Shown: positions 37,688 to 50,490 of the stretch, in pieces
How the letters are laid out: each line of letters begins with the position of its first letter
Numbering within the stretch: position 1 is the first letter of the stretch
NCBI RefSeq assembly: GCF_033153115.1
Contig: NW_026889751.1
Span: 5,952,001-6,016,000, forward strand
Length of the DNA: 64,000 bases
Source: Saccostrea echinata
Taxonomy: Eukaryota
Direction: 5' to 3'
The notes under the pieces: generated by a model
Seen by the model: the letters and a program-made list of their open reading frames with translations, nothing else
Database searches by the model: none
What the model was told of the DNA's origin: nothing
Made by a program: the position numbers and the translations under genes

Positions 37688-39200
37688 CCCCCCTGCAAAA
37701 TAAATCATTGTTATTAAATGGCTACATGGCAATGCATTTTTATAACAAAACTAAAACAGGGGTTCAAATTTATGGTGATCTGAGGTCCGGGACCTGATGT
37801 TTATGGGTCAGACTGGCTACTCAAGATAAGTCATCACCTACCAATAGTTTGCTAGACCAGTGGTATTAAGCAGAAAAAACAATATTTGAAAAGTATGAAT
37901 AAAATTTTAAAAACCTTGTTGAAAGTGTTTACTTTGCAATTCTTGCAAAAGATTGGAAAATTAATCATGATAATCGGGATGAGCGGAAGGAGATATAATA
38001 TCAAGAGATTTTATCTCCTGTCAGAAGAATCACAAATATGCATTTTTCATGTATCAATCAGACGTTCAGTATAAAAAAAAATACATACTAAGTTGCCTGT
38101 TTTGGAACATAACAGATGAAATTGATACTCCTGACCTCGGAAAACCATTATCAACATCTACTGATGCATCAGTAACAATGGTTTTTTTCTCTAGGTGTCA
38201 ATTTTTGGCTGACACCTCCAAATTACTTTAGGAATGACTCTAATTCTTGGCCAAATTATTCGAGGATAACCTGGTTTGGGTCAGTTTACGCTTTATAATC
38301 CGCGAAGCCAAGGTTGACAATGGTGTTCGAAGGATGAAAATTTTCAATGCTACACTCAACTACATGCAATATTTATTATATTATACTGAATGTTTTATAC
38401 AAATATATATAACAGTGAACCTTGTGCGCATAAGTTCTGCGCAGTCTCTAAGTCAATTTTTGGAATATCACCCATCATCAAGCAATATTGACTTGCTACG
38501 CTGGAGGGCATGGCTTCATCTTTTAGCAGGCAATAGTGTTTTTTAACAAATGTTTCTCGAGGAATCAGATTCAACTAATTTACATGAAAGTATATTATAT
38601 ATAATTACAGCAGCTGCAGCTTTTCAAAAGTTGGGTAATTTTACTATGAATGATTAATTTTATTACAAATTACCAGGGAACATTTGTCTACTATATTGAA
38701 TTATCTGATATCACCTTACCATTCCAATTTATCTTAAGTACCCCTCTTCAATAATAAAAGACATAAGCATTATTAGACTAAAGTATGTCCTTGATTTACA
38801 GAAATTACACTAGCGCACCAGAGATAGCGAAGCTGAATGTGGGGGAAACATTTAGGTACGTTTCGTGTTATAGGCCCTATCATATTCTTTTTGCTATCGC
38901 CCATTAGATTATGCTAGTAAAAGATTTATGCCAAGCTAGGGTAACTAATTCTCAAGCCATAAACCCATAAAAATTATACTGTAACTGATGATGTTATGTT
39001 CAATATAAACAGAATAATTTGCATGATGTTCGGATGCCGGATGATCATAAGTTGTGGTTGGAAGCATTGAAATGTCAACTGTAAACTGATGACTAACGTA
39101 ATTTGCTGCTTCTAAGAATACTGATGATTTTTCTTTCTCTGTTATGCACTTTCTTAATATAAATCGCATTTATTATTTAACAAATGGAACAAAAACATAC

Positions 39201-39255
39201 CTATGCTTTTCTTTCATTCAAATCTTCCTCCATTTAACTGCAATAGCCAATGAAA
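39201..39255 (-). promoter_or_regulatory. Putative CENP-E 5' non-coding exon/core promoter with a CHR element and a CCAAT box
   Basis: Strong donor AG|GTATGT at 39201/39200. TTTGAA (CHR) on the minus strand at 39217-39222 and AGCCAATG (NF-Y box) at 39245-39252. The first coding exon has an acceptor 5 nt before its ATG, which implies an upstream exon. Confidence 0.5.
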
Positions 39256-39344
39256 ACATTCCTTTCAAGGGACTACGGTATCGCTAAAACTCACGTCCGG
39301 ATAAAAATGGAAATAATTTCATGCTTATTTAGGCCTGCCTATTT

Positions 39345-39615
39345 CAGGCCCGTAGAACACGGGAGGGGGAGGGGGCGGGAGGATCCGGCCCCCACTTTTT
39401 TCTGAGTATAGTACATGTATTTTACTTTAGTAAATTTTCCTTTAGATGCTGGTTGCCCCCCTTTTTTTTGATGTTGTAAGGTCGAGCACTGGCAAATTCC
39501 AGGATTTGTACAGTAAATTAGGTTTTTTTTCTTTTTTTTTCTTTTCTTTTTTTTTTTTGCTTGTCAGATATGGGAAGTTGCCCCCCCCCCTTTTGAAACC
39601 GTTGCTACGGGCCTG
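39345..39615. mobile_element. MITE with CAGGCCCGTAG TIR and 5-bp TSD (hAT5-like) in the CENP-E upstream region
   Basis: TATTT|CAGGCCCGTAG ... CTACGGGCCTG|TATTT. Confidence 0.8.
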
Positions 39616-40055
39616 TATTTTTTGGTATTTTTGTAAAGTAACAGTTAACAGTAACAGTTAATGATATTTATAAACATATTATTATTTATATAAAAGTATC
39701 TTTCTTTTTTCTTCGAAATTATTTAATTTGTTATATCCCAAGATCAGATATCCACTTAATAGAAAATTATATGCGATTGATTGATTGATTGATTTATATC
39801 GACATTTATTACTATACACTCGAGATCACCTACTGCATCGTACGTATTTTACACTTTGAATGAAAGGGGGGGGGGGGGCAAATATGTTACTAAAAAATCT
39901 TAATAATACGATAAGAGGGAGAGGGCTATAAAAGGCTATGCATGCTGCCTAATCCCATTCACTTTTTGTGAATAAAATTATGTATAGATTAGAAAACATT
40001 TGGAATCCGGGAAAGTTTATTTGTTACCTGTATATGCAAGTTATTTTTTCTATAG

Positions 40056-40268
40056 ATTATGTCGACATGCAAGATAATAATGTCAACAAGCAACATAAAT
40101 ATGTCAACAAGCAACATAACTATTTAAGAATTTAAAAATTATCAAACATCGTCTACATGTGACTTGCAACATGATATATGCAACATACTTATGCTGACAT
40201 ACATCTTATTTATGTCGACATGCAAATTATTTATGTTGACATGTGAGATAAATATGTCTACATGCAAT
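40056..40268. repeat. Foldback array of ~21-bp units in inverted orientation
   Basis: ATGTCAACAAGCAACATA units followed by TTATGTTGACATG-type units. Confidence 0.7.
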
Positions 40269-40319
40269 TTATTTAATTAAAGGTGTGCTGCTTTCCGATT
40301 ATATTATTTCAAAAGAGGC

Positions 40320-40862
40320 CATCTTCGCTAGCCAAGAGCTTCTGATACGCTACTCTCCTCATAAGCCCTTGGCATACGGTGTTAAAAAAAGTTGGGATTT
40401 TTTTTTCTCAAGTTGTGATTGGAGTTGATCAACATCGTTCGACCAATTAGCAATTGTTTTTTGTAAATGACGATATTTGCGTTCGGGATATATCTTGACT
40501 CTTTAATATCAGTAATGTAAAACGCAAGTAAACAATGATCCGTAAGATAACATGCCATTCTATGAATAGCAATGTGGTGTCATCCAATTTCTAAAGCAAC
40601 GTGCAAATTAATATGTGATTAAGAATCTATACTGAAGATTTGCATTTTTACATGTTTAAATAACAAATTAACATAACTCAATACCTTCTTGTTAATTATT
40701 CTTTAAAAACAATTTTTTTTAAAATACGCTTTTTATTTCTGTCGATGACGCAATCTGTGCGTACCTGGTAAGAATCATGATCACGTGACAAAAACAATCC
40801 CGTCTTTTGTCAGCACCGTATGCCAAGGGTAGCGTATCAGAAATCCTTGGCTAGCGAAGATG
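40320..40862. mobile_element. 543-bp MITE with long TIRs and 9-bp TSD (Mutator-like)
   Basis: AAAAGAGGC|CATCTTCGCTAGCCAAG..CTGATACGCTA..CCCTTGGCATACGGTG ... CACCGTATGCCAAGGGTAGCGTATCAG..CTTGGCTAGCGAAGATG|AAAAGAGGC. Confidence 0.85.
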
Positions 40863-43692
40863 AAAAGAGGCAAGTTTTTGCATAAAACGTTTGCAAAAAA
40901 ATTAAAACACAAACTACTTATCTAAATCATTGTATATAGCAAAATATAACATAATATTAGACATGGGTATCTTGCGTTTAGTGATTATGGCTCCCTTAAC
41001 CGAGAGCAACCCCTGCTCTCCTCATTAAAATGGGGGGGGGGGTCTGAGAATATTGTCAGTATCTTGATCGAAGATGGAGGTATGCACCTCAAATTCTGAC
41101 CATTCGGAAAGGGGGGGGGGGATATTAGATAGATAGTTATGGATAAGTGTAAACTTTAGATTTAACCTTTTATAATGCAACACATTTTCATTGAAAGTGT
41201 AAATTAATGTTTGCGATTCTGGGAAGTGATTAAGAGTCAGATACCGTGTGTTATTATAATACTATGGGGTAAAAAATTTATAACAAAAACAAGTGCCTAA
41301 ATGAAATAAACATGAAGTAAAAGATCAACAAATACTTTATTAATTACAATGTAATCCAAAGACACACTATTACAAAAAGTTTTTCAAGGATAAAGCAATT
41401 TATAGAACTTCACAATTTTACAATTTATTAAAATGAAAGACACATGCATCAGAAAATAATTTGATATAACAAAAGAACTTCATGAAGAAACAATTTAATT
41501 GTATCAAGTTTAATCACAAACTACGTGTAAAATACTTCTCTGAGTTTTCAATTTCTTTGAATATTACAGAAGATCTATTTCAGCTTATTTAGCTTAATAT
41601 TCCTTTGAGAAGTTTATACTTTAAGTTACACGCAATCTGCCAAATTTATACAGAAAAAACAGGTTATTTGGAATAAGAGCTTTTGAGCTTGTGCAAAATT
41701 TGGGACTTGAAATGAAAAATAAAACTTTCTGAGTTGGTTTATCCTTAATTTAAAGTTCTCTGGTTTATTTGGTTCCCCCGTCTAGCTCACGATATTTTCC
41801 TTGTGTATGTGGGAAAAATATAATCAGTGCAGCACCTTAATTTAAACATTAAATTGAAATTCATATGAATAAACATCGATATCTTAATTGAATTATTGAG
41901 AAATAATAACAATAATAGAATGATAAGGACGTGAAATTAGACATTTTGTTACGGAATAAATTGTGGGGAAAACATTTGAACTTCAGCTTTAAATAAGTTT
42001 AATTCTGAGAAATCGGGAATGAACAATTTTTAAGAATCATAGTTTTTGTTGTTGTTGTTGTTGTTTTAATAAGAGAGGAAATTTAATACCGGAATACATG
42101 TAATACTAATGTGATTTAGTTTTCCTTTCAAGAAATCAATTTAATGAGCTAAATTTTCCTATACTTAAACTTAATGTAATGCAATTTTCTTGATAAATGT
42201 AATTTTATAGATATGGATAATTGATTTTTTTTAAAATGCATGAAAACCAAAGGCTGATTTGTAATTTCAATCAAAAGTTGTCAAACCACAACAAAAAAGT
42301 CGGTGAAATATTCGCTCATAAACAAATTTAAAAAATCAAACAAGAACAAAAAAAAAAAAAACAAAAACAAAAACAAAACAACAAAAAAAGAAGAAAAAAC
42401 ACACACACGCACACAAAAAACAAACAAATAAAAAATGAATATCAACGGAAAAAAAAACAAAAAACAAAAAAGGAAACAACAAATAAAACAAACAAAATAA
42501 AGAACAAAAACAATAACCCCCCCCCCCCAAAAAAGTCTAACAAACAAACGAAAAAATAAATACATTACAAAGGGGTAATTAAACAAAAGGGGAAGACACA
42601 ACTAAGCAACTAAGCAACACATATAAAGATACAACAGAGCTACACAGGAATTGGAATAGTGCATGGTTACGTAAACAGTAGCACTTGTGAGGAAATGAAA
42701 ACTGACGACGCATACACACACACACACACAGACACGATGAAGAAGAAACAGAAGGTGATGCCATATACAGAGACCAAAACAAAACGAAACAAAACAAACA
42801 ACCACAATAGAAAAATTGGGAAGTTGACGCCGACAGAGAAGCACAGGAAGAAACAAAAGATGAGACAAACAGGACGATATATCGACACAGACGAAGAAAA
42901 ATCACAAGGATTGCCAGAACAGCAACACTTAACATGTAATGTGTAGTTACAATAGAATAAGGTGGCAATGTAGATAAGGACAAAGAAGACAGATGATGAC
43001 AAACATAGAGGGAGGAGGGTTGTTAGTAATGGGAATCAGACAAGGGATAAGACCTACAAAAAAAAAAAAACATACAAGAAACAGGAATTAAGATAATACC
43101 TGTATATGAAAAGAAGGCACAACAGTAGAATCATAGATAAAACAATATTTTGGACATAGAAGGGAAAATATCGGATCTGGATGAAATTAAATTGGAATTG
43201 TGATATTGAATATTTCTGTAGAAATTTCTAAATTGCATTATCAAAAATCAGCTCTTATATACTCTTACGACTAAGTAGGCCGGAAATAATTCTATTGTCT
43301 ATTGCATGAATGTTTCTGTAATATATTGTGAAAATGGTCGAAGAAGAATCAAACTATCTAAAACAATTCCAAAAATATACTTGCAAATATGGGAGAAAAA
43401 TTATTTTTTTCTATCATTTAGAATATACAGGAAAATATCGAAGCTAGAACAAAGGATAAAGAGTACATTTTCTTTTTGTACTAAAAAGGGGGTATTTTGA
43501 TCTACTTTTAAATTAATATTTGGAGATTGCGTGTAAAATTGATATATATTACCGGGGATACATTATTATTATTTTGGATCTGTGATTCATGTACTGAAAT
43601 TTATCAAAGCCGATTTTCGATTTTTATATCTAAGTCAAAAAAAGTTAAATTCCATCCAAAAAAAGTTTATGTATACTACAGATAAAAAGAAA

Positions 43693-45046
43693 TTAAACCC
43701 AGGTCCCCAAATCCTCTTCTTGTGGTGGTGGTGGCGGTGGTGGTGGATGCCAGAAACTCTGTAATTTTTGCCACAGCCAGCTGCATACCCTCACTATTCC
43801 ACACTTAATAAAATTGTAGACAGTATATAAGATTCCATGGGGAGGAGATCTTGGTACATTGCCGTTACGTTCGCAATGCTCGTTTACACTTTGTGCTATT
43901 TCTTCCAATACACTTATCAGGTCCTGGAGTTGCGGATTTCTCACTGGAGGACTACTGAATGAAAATCCTTTACAAAAAATTGAATTGTACAAGTTAACGA
44001 ATAATTAACAAATAATTGAATGATAAAGAGATTTGGTCCATAATTTTGCGTGTATTAAGATAGAAAATTGCATTTCGTGCATAAATGGTATTGTCTTCCC
44101 ACAAATTTTTATTAAAATGTAAAATTTGGTCTTCTGACTTTAGTCATAATTTTTTTTCAAAATATAAAATTTGGTGTTTTGACTATAGTCATAACACCAA
44201 ATTATTTATTTTAATTAAAAAAAAATTGTGGGAAGACAGTTTTTTTGTTTTGTTTCTTTGTTGTTTTGTTTTTTTGTTTTGTTTTGTTTTTTTTTTTTTT
44301 TTTGTTTTTTGTTTTTTGTTTTTTTTTGTTTAGCCAAATTTAATTCTGATAATGAGATCTGATCTCATACATGTATCTCAAAACAAAAGAAGCACAAAAG
44401 CCACAACATAAATAAAATAACAACATCGACAAAATAACAACATGAAATTTTACACATTACGTACATAATTTATAAAAACTTCACAAGTATTTTATTTTGG
44501 CATACCTAAAGTTCCTATTACGGGTTGGAAGACCGCTCCAGAATTCCAGGTACATATATATCTTCCGCTCTCTTCAATATGGGTAAATCGATTAGCCCCA
44601 TCTTCCCAAAGGAAAGGGGTGAGACTATCTCGCCATACAATTACCCATTTATATTGAAAATCCAAGCCTGCGGGCAATTTCACTCCTACAACCCATTTTC
44701 CTGAATGCATGGGGACTTGCTCTACAACGACAATCAAATTCACCTTCTGTAGTGAAGAACTATCGCAATATTAAAAAAAGCAACGAGTTTTCAAAGAAAT
44801 AAAGGATATTCCTTTCAATCAGAGATGTGCCATTGTAGTCTTCAATGTGGCCATAAGTTATTTAAGACATTGAAAAGACGTGCTCTAACCCGTACCTGCA
44901 ATTAGTGCATCCTTCAGATTCCAGTTCCCTAACTGGGGGATGGAGCCAGTGACAGCTAGTGCCAGCTGGTCTTGTGGAACTTCGCACTGACATTCTAGTT
45001 CAACCCGAACTAATCCCAACCTTGCTGAAATTTCACACACAGCCAT
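43693..45046 (-). CDS. CBM20 (starch/glycogen-binding) domain protein, STBD1-like, copy A; 3 exons, 213 aa
   Basis: Exons 44896-45046, 44506-44721 and 43693-43967 (GT-AG, phase 1/1). CBM20 hallmarks LAVTGSIPQLGNW, GKW, FQYKW and WEDGANR, followed by a hydrophobic/amphipathic segment, poly-Pro and C-terminal DLGTWV. Confidence 0.85.
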
Positions 45047-45078
45047 TTCTACTTCTATGATAACCATGCAATCTATTG

Positions 45079-45133
45079 TGACGTAGAGGTAACAAACTAT
45101 GACGTTGCATCTGACCTTTTTACTGTGACGTAA
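45079..45133. promoter_or_regulatory. Cluster of CRE/ATF-like TGACGT sites upstream of CBM20 copy A
   Basis: TGACGTA 45079-45085, TGACGT 45100-45105, TGACGTAA 45126-45133, and a TGACCT half-site at 45112. Located 33-90 bp from the start codon. Confidence 0.5.
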
Positions 45134-45619
45134 ATAACCATCAACATAAAATATGTTCCTCTACAAATTACAAAGGATTACTCAGAGACATTTACAAATA
45201 TTTTATTTTCACTATTTCATCGGATCTGCAACAGCTTCCAGACCCGTTCTTTTGGCCCGTACTACTATACTACGCTTGTGCATAGCACTAAAAAATCAAA
45301 AGATGTTCCTTTCAAGAAACAAATCCCCAAGAAAAAGAATCCCATGTTTGTCTTACCAGAGTACATTATTGAATATTCAACTCATTCTTGCAAACATTTG
45401 TTTTCTTTTGCCAATATTTTTATTAGTTATTAATCACATTTGACGAAAACATTTGCATCTCTTTCTTTTTACTGTTGAAAATTGGAATATTTCTATCTCT
45501 TTATAGACAATTGAAAAATACAGTAATTTATCTTCACCATATTTAGAATTTTTGTGAGTAGTACATTTTTTCTAGAACGAACATATTTTAAAGAAAGAAA
45601 ACTCGTGCTGATGCAAGCA

Positions 45620-47150
45620 TTCTTAGGTCAGCTCAGTTACCTCAGGTGACCTGTTGCTACCTGTTTTCTTCCGTCGTCGTGAGACGTTTGTAGTGCGTCG
45701 GTCGTAAACTTTTGAGAATTTTCAACTTCTCTCAATATACCAGCTTCAACCAATTTTAGCATATAGCATCATTGGGTAAAGGGGAAGAAAAATTATGAAT
45801 TTCATTGTCCATGTCCGCCTGGGGCTTGAGGGCGGGGCTAAAATAGTCAAAATCAGTGCTATCTTTAAAAATCTCCTTTACTCCTTAACACCAAGCAGTC
45901 AAACTGTTGGCATGATTGTAATAAAAAATTGAACCCTCTAGAAAAATTACTAAGTTCGTGCCCCCAGGATTAGGGGTTCTAGAGTAAGGGCGAGGCTCTT
46001 ATGATACAAAGTGAAAATGCATATTTTGTTTAAAAATCTTCTCTCCCCCTGTATATTTAGTAGATATACTTAATATGTGGTTGTGATGAGAAAACGTGTC
46101 TCTTCCAAAATAGTGAAATTCATGGCCCAGGATCGCTTGTTCTGATGAACGAGGGAAGGAGGGAGGGTGACTATTGATTATATAGTGACAATACATTATT
46201 TCTTTGGAAATCTTTTTGTCCGCTCCAGGGTATTAAGCAAACAAACTAAGTGCATAGTTATAATGAACAAGGGTGCCTTTTCCAAAATCCCTGGGTCAGG
46301 GGTTCTGGTGATAGGATGGGTTCTATTGATTATATAGTGAAAATGCATTAATTCTTTGAAAATCTCATTCTCTGTCCCTGCGTATTTAGCAGATAAACGA
46401 AGTGCATGTTTATGATGAGCTAGGGTGCGTCTTCCAAAATTGTGAAATTTGTGGTCCCAGTGCCAGGTGTTCTGGTGGGAGGGGGGATTCTATTGATTAT
46501 ATATTGAAAATGCATTATTTTTTGAAAATCTTCTTTTCTATTCCTGGGTATTAAGTAAACGAATTAAGTGGATAGTTCTTATGAGCAAGGGTGACTGTTC
46601 CAAAATTATGAATTTCATGGCTCCTAGCTCAGGGATTCTGATGTTAAGGTGGGACTCTATTGATTATATAGCGAAAGTGCATCAATTCTTTCAAAACTCT
46701 CCTTCTCTGCTCCTAGGTATTTACCAGATAAACTATGTGCATAGTTATGATGAGCAAGGGTGCTTCTTCCGAAATTGTGAAATTTGTATCCTCAGACACA
46801 GGGGTTCTGGTGTTAAGTGGGGAGCTCTATTGATTATACATGTATAGTGAAAATGCATTATTTCTTTGATATTTATTTCTCTTCTTCTGGGTATTATGCA
46901 GGTAAACTAGGTGCATGTTTATGATAAGCAAGTGTGTCTCTTCCAAAGTTGAGAATTTCATGGCCCCTCGGTCAGGGGTCTAATGTTAGGATAGTGTTGT
47001 GTTGAATCAATAGTGAAAATGCATTTTTTTTTTTGAAAGTCTTCTTCTCTGCTCCTGTGTATCTACAAAGTTGTAATAAGCAATGGCATTTTTTAGCAGA
47101 TTTTAGAAATAAGTGGTCAAATGTTCTGGTGCTAGGCAAAGCTCTATTGA
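45620..47150 (+). mobile_element. HINE-type element with ~6-7 diverged ~167-bp repeats between the CBM20 paralogs
   Basis: TTAGGTCA..CTCAGGTGACC hairpin start, (CGT)n tract, and CTATTGATTATA at ~46171, 46323, 46490, 46657 and 46827. Confidence 0.75.
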
Positions 47151-47444
47151 TATTGTAGGGAAATTTGTACTCTACTAAGAGAAGTTATTCCCTTTACTCT
47201 TTGCCTATAGTAATTAATTACTGCAAATAACATATAATGGCCAAATTGAATAAAAGAATTAAGTTTCATTACACGCAGCTTAATTCACTTCCTCTTTCTT
47301 CAAGGTTGAAAAGGGCACCGATATTTTAACCAAATATACTATAATGACAAGAATTAAGTCCTTTTTTATAGGAATTTTCACAGAACCATGCCTTTCCCTC
47401 ATCCGACTATGTTACATTTTTAACTCATTTATTTTGTGCATTTT

Positions 47445-47563
47445 ATATGGTTTCATCCGAAAGATCGGTCTCCACGTCCCACAGTGGGATTCGAACCCGC
47501 ACGTAAGGATCAACTCCTTACTCCGCGACTCCAGAGCAAACGCTCTAACCACTGCACCACGTG
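47445..47563 (-). mobile_element. tRNA-derived SINE head, same family as 5970-6222
   Basis: CAGTGGGATTCGAACCCGC..GTAAGGATC..ACTCCG.GACTC.AGAGCAAACGCTCTAACCACTGCAC shared with the first copy. Confidence 0.75.
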
Positions 47564-50153
47564 GGATGAAAGTACATGAATGTATATATGTACATTGTAT
47601 CTTAAATAGTGTAAATTCAAATTTGTTAATAGAACGGTCTAGGTCGAAGCGACAATTGAGGATCTAAGTTTAGGAAAAGTGATCTTTTCAAAAACAACAG
47701 GGTCAAAGCTTCATGTAGTGAAAATTCAAATTTGTTCAAATCATGGTTAATAGGAATGTTTAATATCAAAGAATGGGTAATCAGTATTTCTACTTTTAAA
47801 CTTAGGTGAATATTGTGTAGAGTAGACAAAGCAAATTAGTACATATGCCATGGAATTTATCAAACTTTTGTTTACATGAAGTTTTTGTGCTGGAAGCACA
47901 AATTTGCTAAACTTGCTAAGTGTGGCATCGTCAACAGGAAAAAGGTGGCATATTCTGTCAAAAATTCAGAAACAACACAATTAATGACGTCAAGAAAGGA
48001 ATTTAGAATTGTTTAAGCTATTGCACTATCATTGAATGAAAAACAGTTAATGACAACTATCAAAGAGACAGCAAATTAAATTGACAATTTGTTTTTCTGT
48101 GTTTGACCAAATTCTTTGTAAGGGACTTTGCAGTTTGCTGTCTGGCGTTTTTGCTGTTCAGACACATGTCGGATCCCATTTTACCAGAAGTTGGGGAGTC
48201 AAACGTATAAAGATGTATATAATACTTTCTAACATTTATGACATGGGTGTAGTACTTATTTGACTGATACGAATAAAAAGGATTTTTTAAATGTCTATCC
48301 CTCTGAAACTCCCCTGTCGGATGCAGAGTTCGTGTTATTCCATGGTTTTATGTCTTTGTCGCTAACAAATTGTGACCGATTTATAACCTTGGATTCCCTT
48401 TGAAAATAAATTCGAACAAGAACGCGTTACCCAAGGCTTAGATATTTCTTATTATCTTTATTCAGGGTCAGATCTTCAAGGTTACTGAACAGTCAAATTA
48501 CTTTACCATATAGATTGGTTGGTATGTCATGTTTTCTGATCTTCAATCAAGGACACATCATCAGGTAATGCAATGAACAAGGAATAGGACTGGGATCCGA
48601 GCTCGTATTATATTTAGAGTAATCTTCATTTCTTCTTTGCAATTAGTCGCACAACAATTAGGGATGTAACAAAGAAAAATTCGAATATAAAATTCACATG
48701 CCTTTATTATATGCTACCCAATACAAATCAATCAAAATATAATTTTGTTATTTAATCTAAAAGCACAATATTACAGAAAGTATCCAAGAACTTTGTTTAC
48801 AGACTTTACAATTTATTAAATGTGAGTAAGTAAAAAAAAAAGATTAACTTCATAAATGAATCAATTGAAAGATTAAACTTTTGACATGTAACACACAATA
48901 GTATTTATGTAACGAAATAGAAAATCAGGTTTTAAGTAATAATCAAAAATCGTACCCGTACTGTCATTTTAAAAAATTTTCTTGTCTTCTTTAATCTCAG
49001 TTTTTAGTTGATATTGAATGTAGTAAAAGAAATCTTTTGCATCTACAAATATGAATTCTTCCAATACAAATGGTCTACACAGAATAAGTCACTTATTGCT
49101 TTCAGATCTTTCAAATTAAGATTTTTACAAAATTATACACACAGCATAGTTTTATACTGAAGAAGAGGTGTTAGTAATTCGAAAGGGGGCTTTAAAAAAT
49201 TGAATTAACTTTTTGAGTTGGTTCATCTTTACACTATTTCCCCTGTCTAGCTCACGATATTTCCTTTGTGTGTAGGGGAAAAATAAAATAATTGTCCACA
49301 ATTTCAATCATCGAAACTAATTAACATCAAAATGAAATTTTACTGATCTTAAATTGCTTGGAAATAATAAAGGGATCATACAGACAAGATACTACAACTT
49401 TGTTTCAAAAAATAGAAGAAAAAAATATTTTTCAGCTTGTAAAAATAGAAACAACAACAACAACAACAAAAACAGCTTTTACTTGATACTGAGACATCGG
49501 GAATTAATGTTTTGTAAACGGATAGTTATGGCAAAATACGAGGGGAATCTTGATACTGGAATACATGGGGCACTAATGTGATTTTTTTTTCTTTCTGGAA
49601 ACTCGGAAAATATGACTAGTGCAACTTTTTAAACTTTAACAAAACGAACTAAAATTTTCATATAGTAAACATATAATAGCTAAAATATCATGCTAATATG
49701 ATGATTAATGTATATAACAGATAAGGAAAATTTAATTTGAAAATTCTTAAAAAGCAAAACTAAAATAATTGCTATTAATTTCAAAAGGTATCATTCATAA
49801 CATAAAAAGTGTCATAAAAAATAAACAAAACAAACAAAATTAAAAACAAAACCAAATAAATCAAACTGTAAATAAATGAAGAAATAAAACAAATAAAAGA
49901 AAAGAACAAAAATAATTCAGACAAAAAGTAAACAAGAGATTAAAAAACAAACAAACAAACAAAATTAAAGTACAAAAAGACAACAACAAAACATACCAAC
50001 AAACAAACTAAGAAAATAAAAAAGGAAGGGGAAATTAGGCAAGGACACACTTAGGCAACACATTCAAATGAAGTTACAACAAAGCTACATGGGGTAGGGG
50101 AATATGGCTACCGTTAACATTAACACTTGTGAGGAAACAGAAACGGACAATTA

Positions 50154-50490
50154 TACACACACACCCTCCCTCACCACATACAAACAAACATACTATTACA
50201 TGCACACCCTCACCACACACAAACAAACATACACACACACACCACACACAAACAAACATACACACACACACCCTCACCACACACAAACAAACATACACAC
50301 ACACCCCCTCACCACNNNNNNNNNNNNNNNNNNNNNNNNNNNNNNNNNNNNNNNNNNNNNNNNNNNNNNNNNNNNNNNNNNNNNNNNNNNNNNNNNNNNN
50401 NNNNNNNNNNNNNNNNNNNNNNNNNNNNNNNNNNNNNNNNNNNNNNNNNNNNNNNNNNNNNNTCATACACACCCTCACACACACACTACA
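50154..50490. repeat. CA-rich minisatellite spanning an assembly gap (N 50316-50462)
   Basis: CCCTCACCACACACAAACAAACATACACACAC units on both sides of the gap. Confidence 0.85.

Noticed and set aside
42281-43002. Overlapping hydrophobic ORFs (also 50074-50994)
   Set aside because: A/CA-rich simple sequence. Frames are not conserved between the duplicated regions.
45047-45067. Upstream ATG giving a MVIIEVE extension in CBM20 copy A
   Set aside because: The equivalent codon is ATA in copy B, so the shared downstream ATG (GAAATGG context) is preferred.
47900-48640. Slightly GC-richer unique stretch (also 7300-8400) as hidden exons
   Set aside because: No sustained ORF, recognisable motif or consistent splice pair found by eye.
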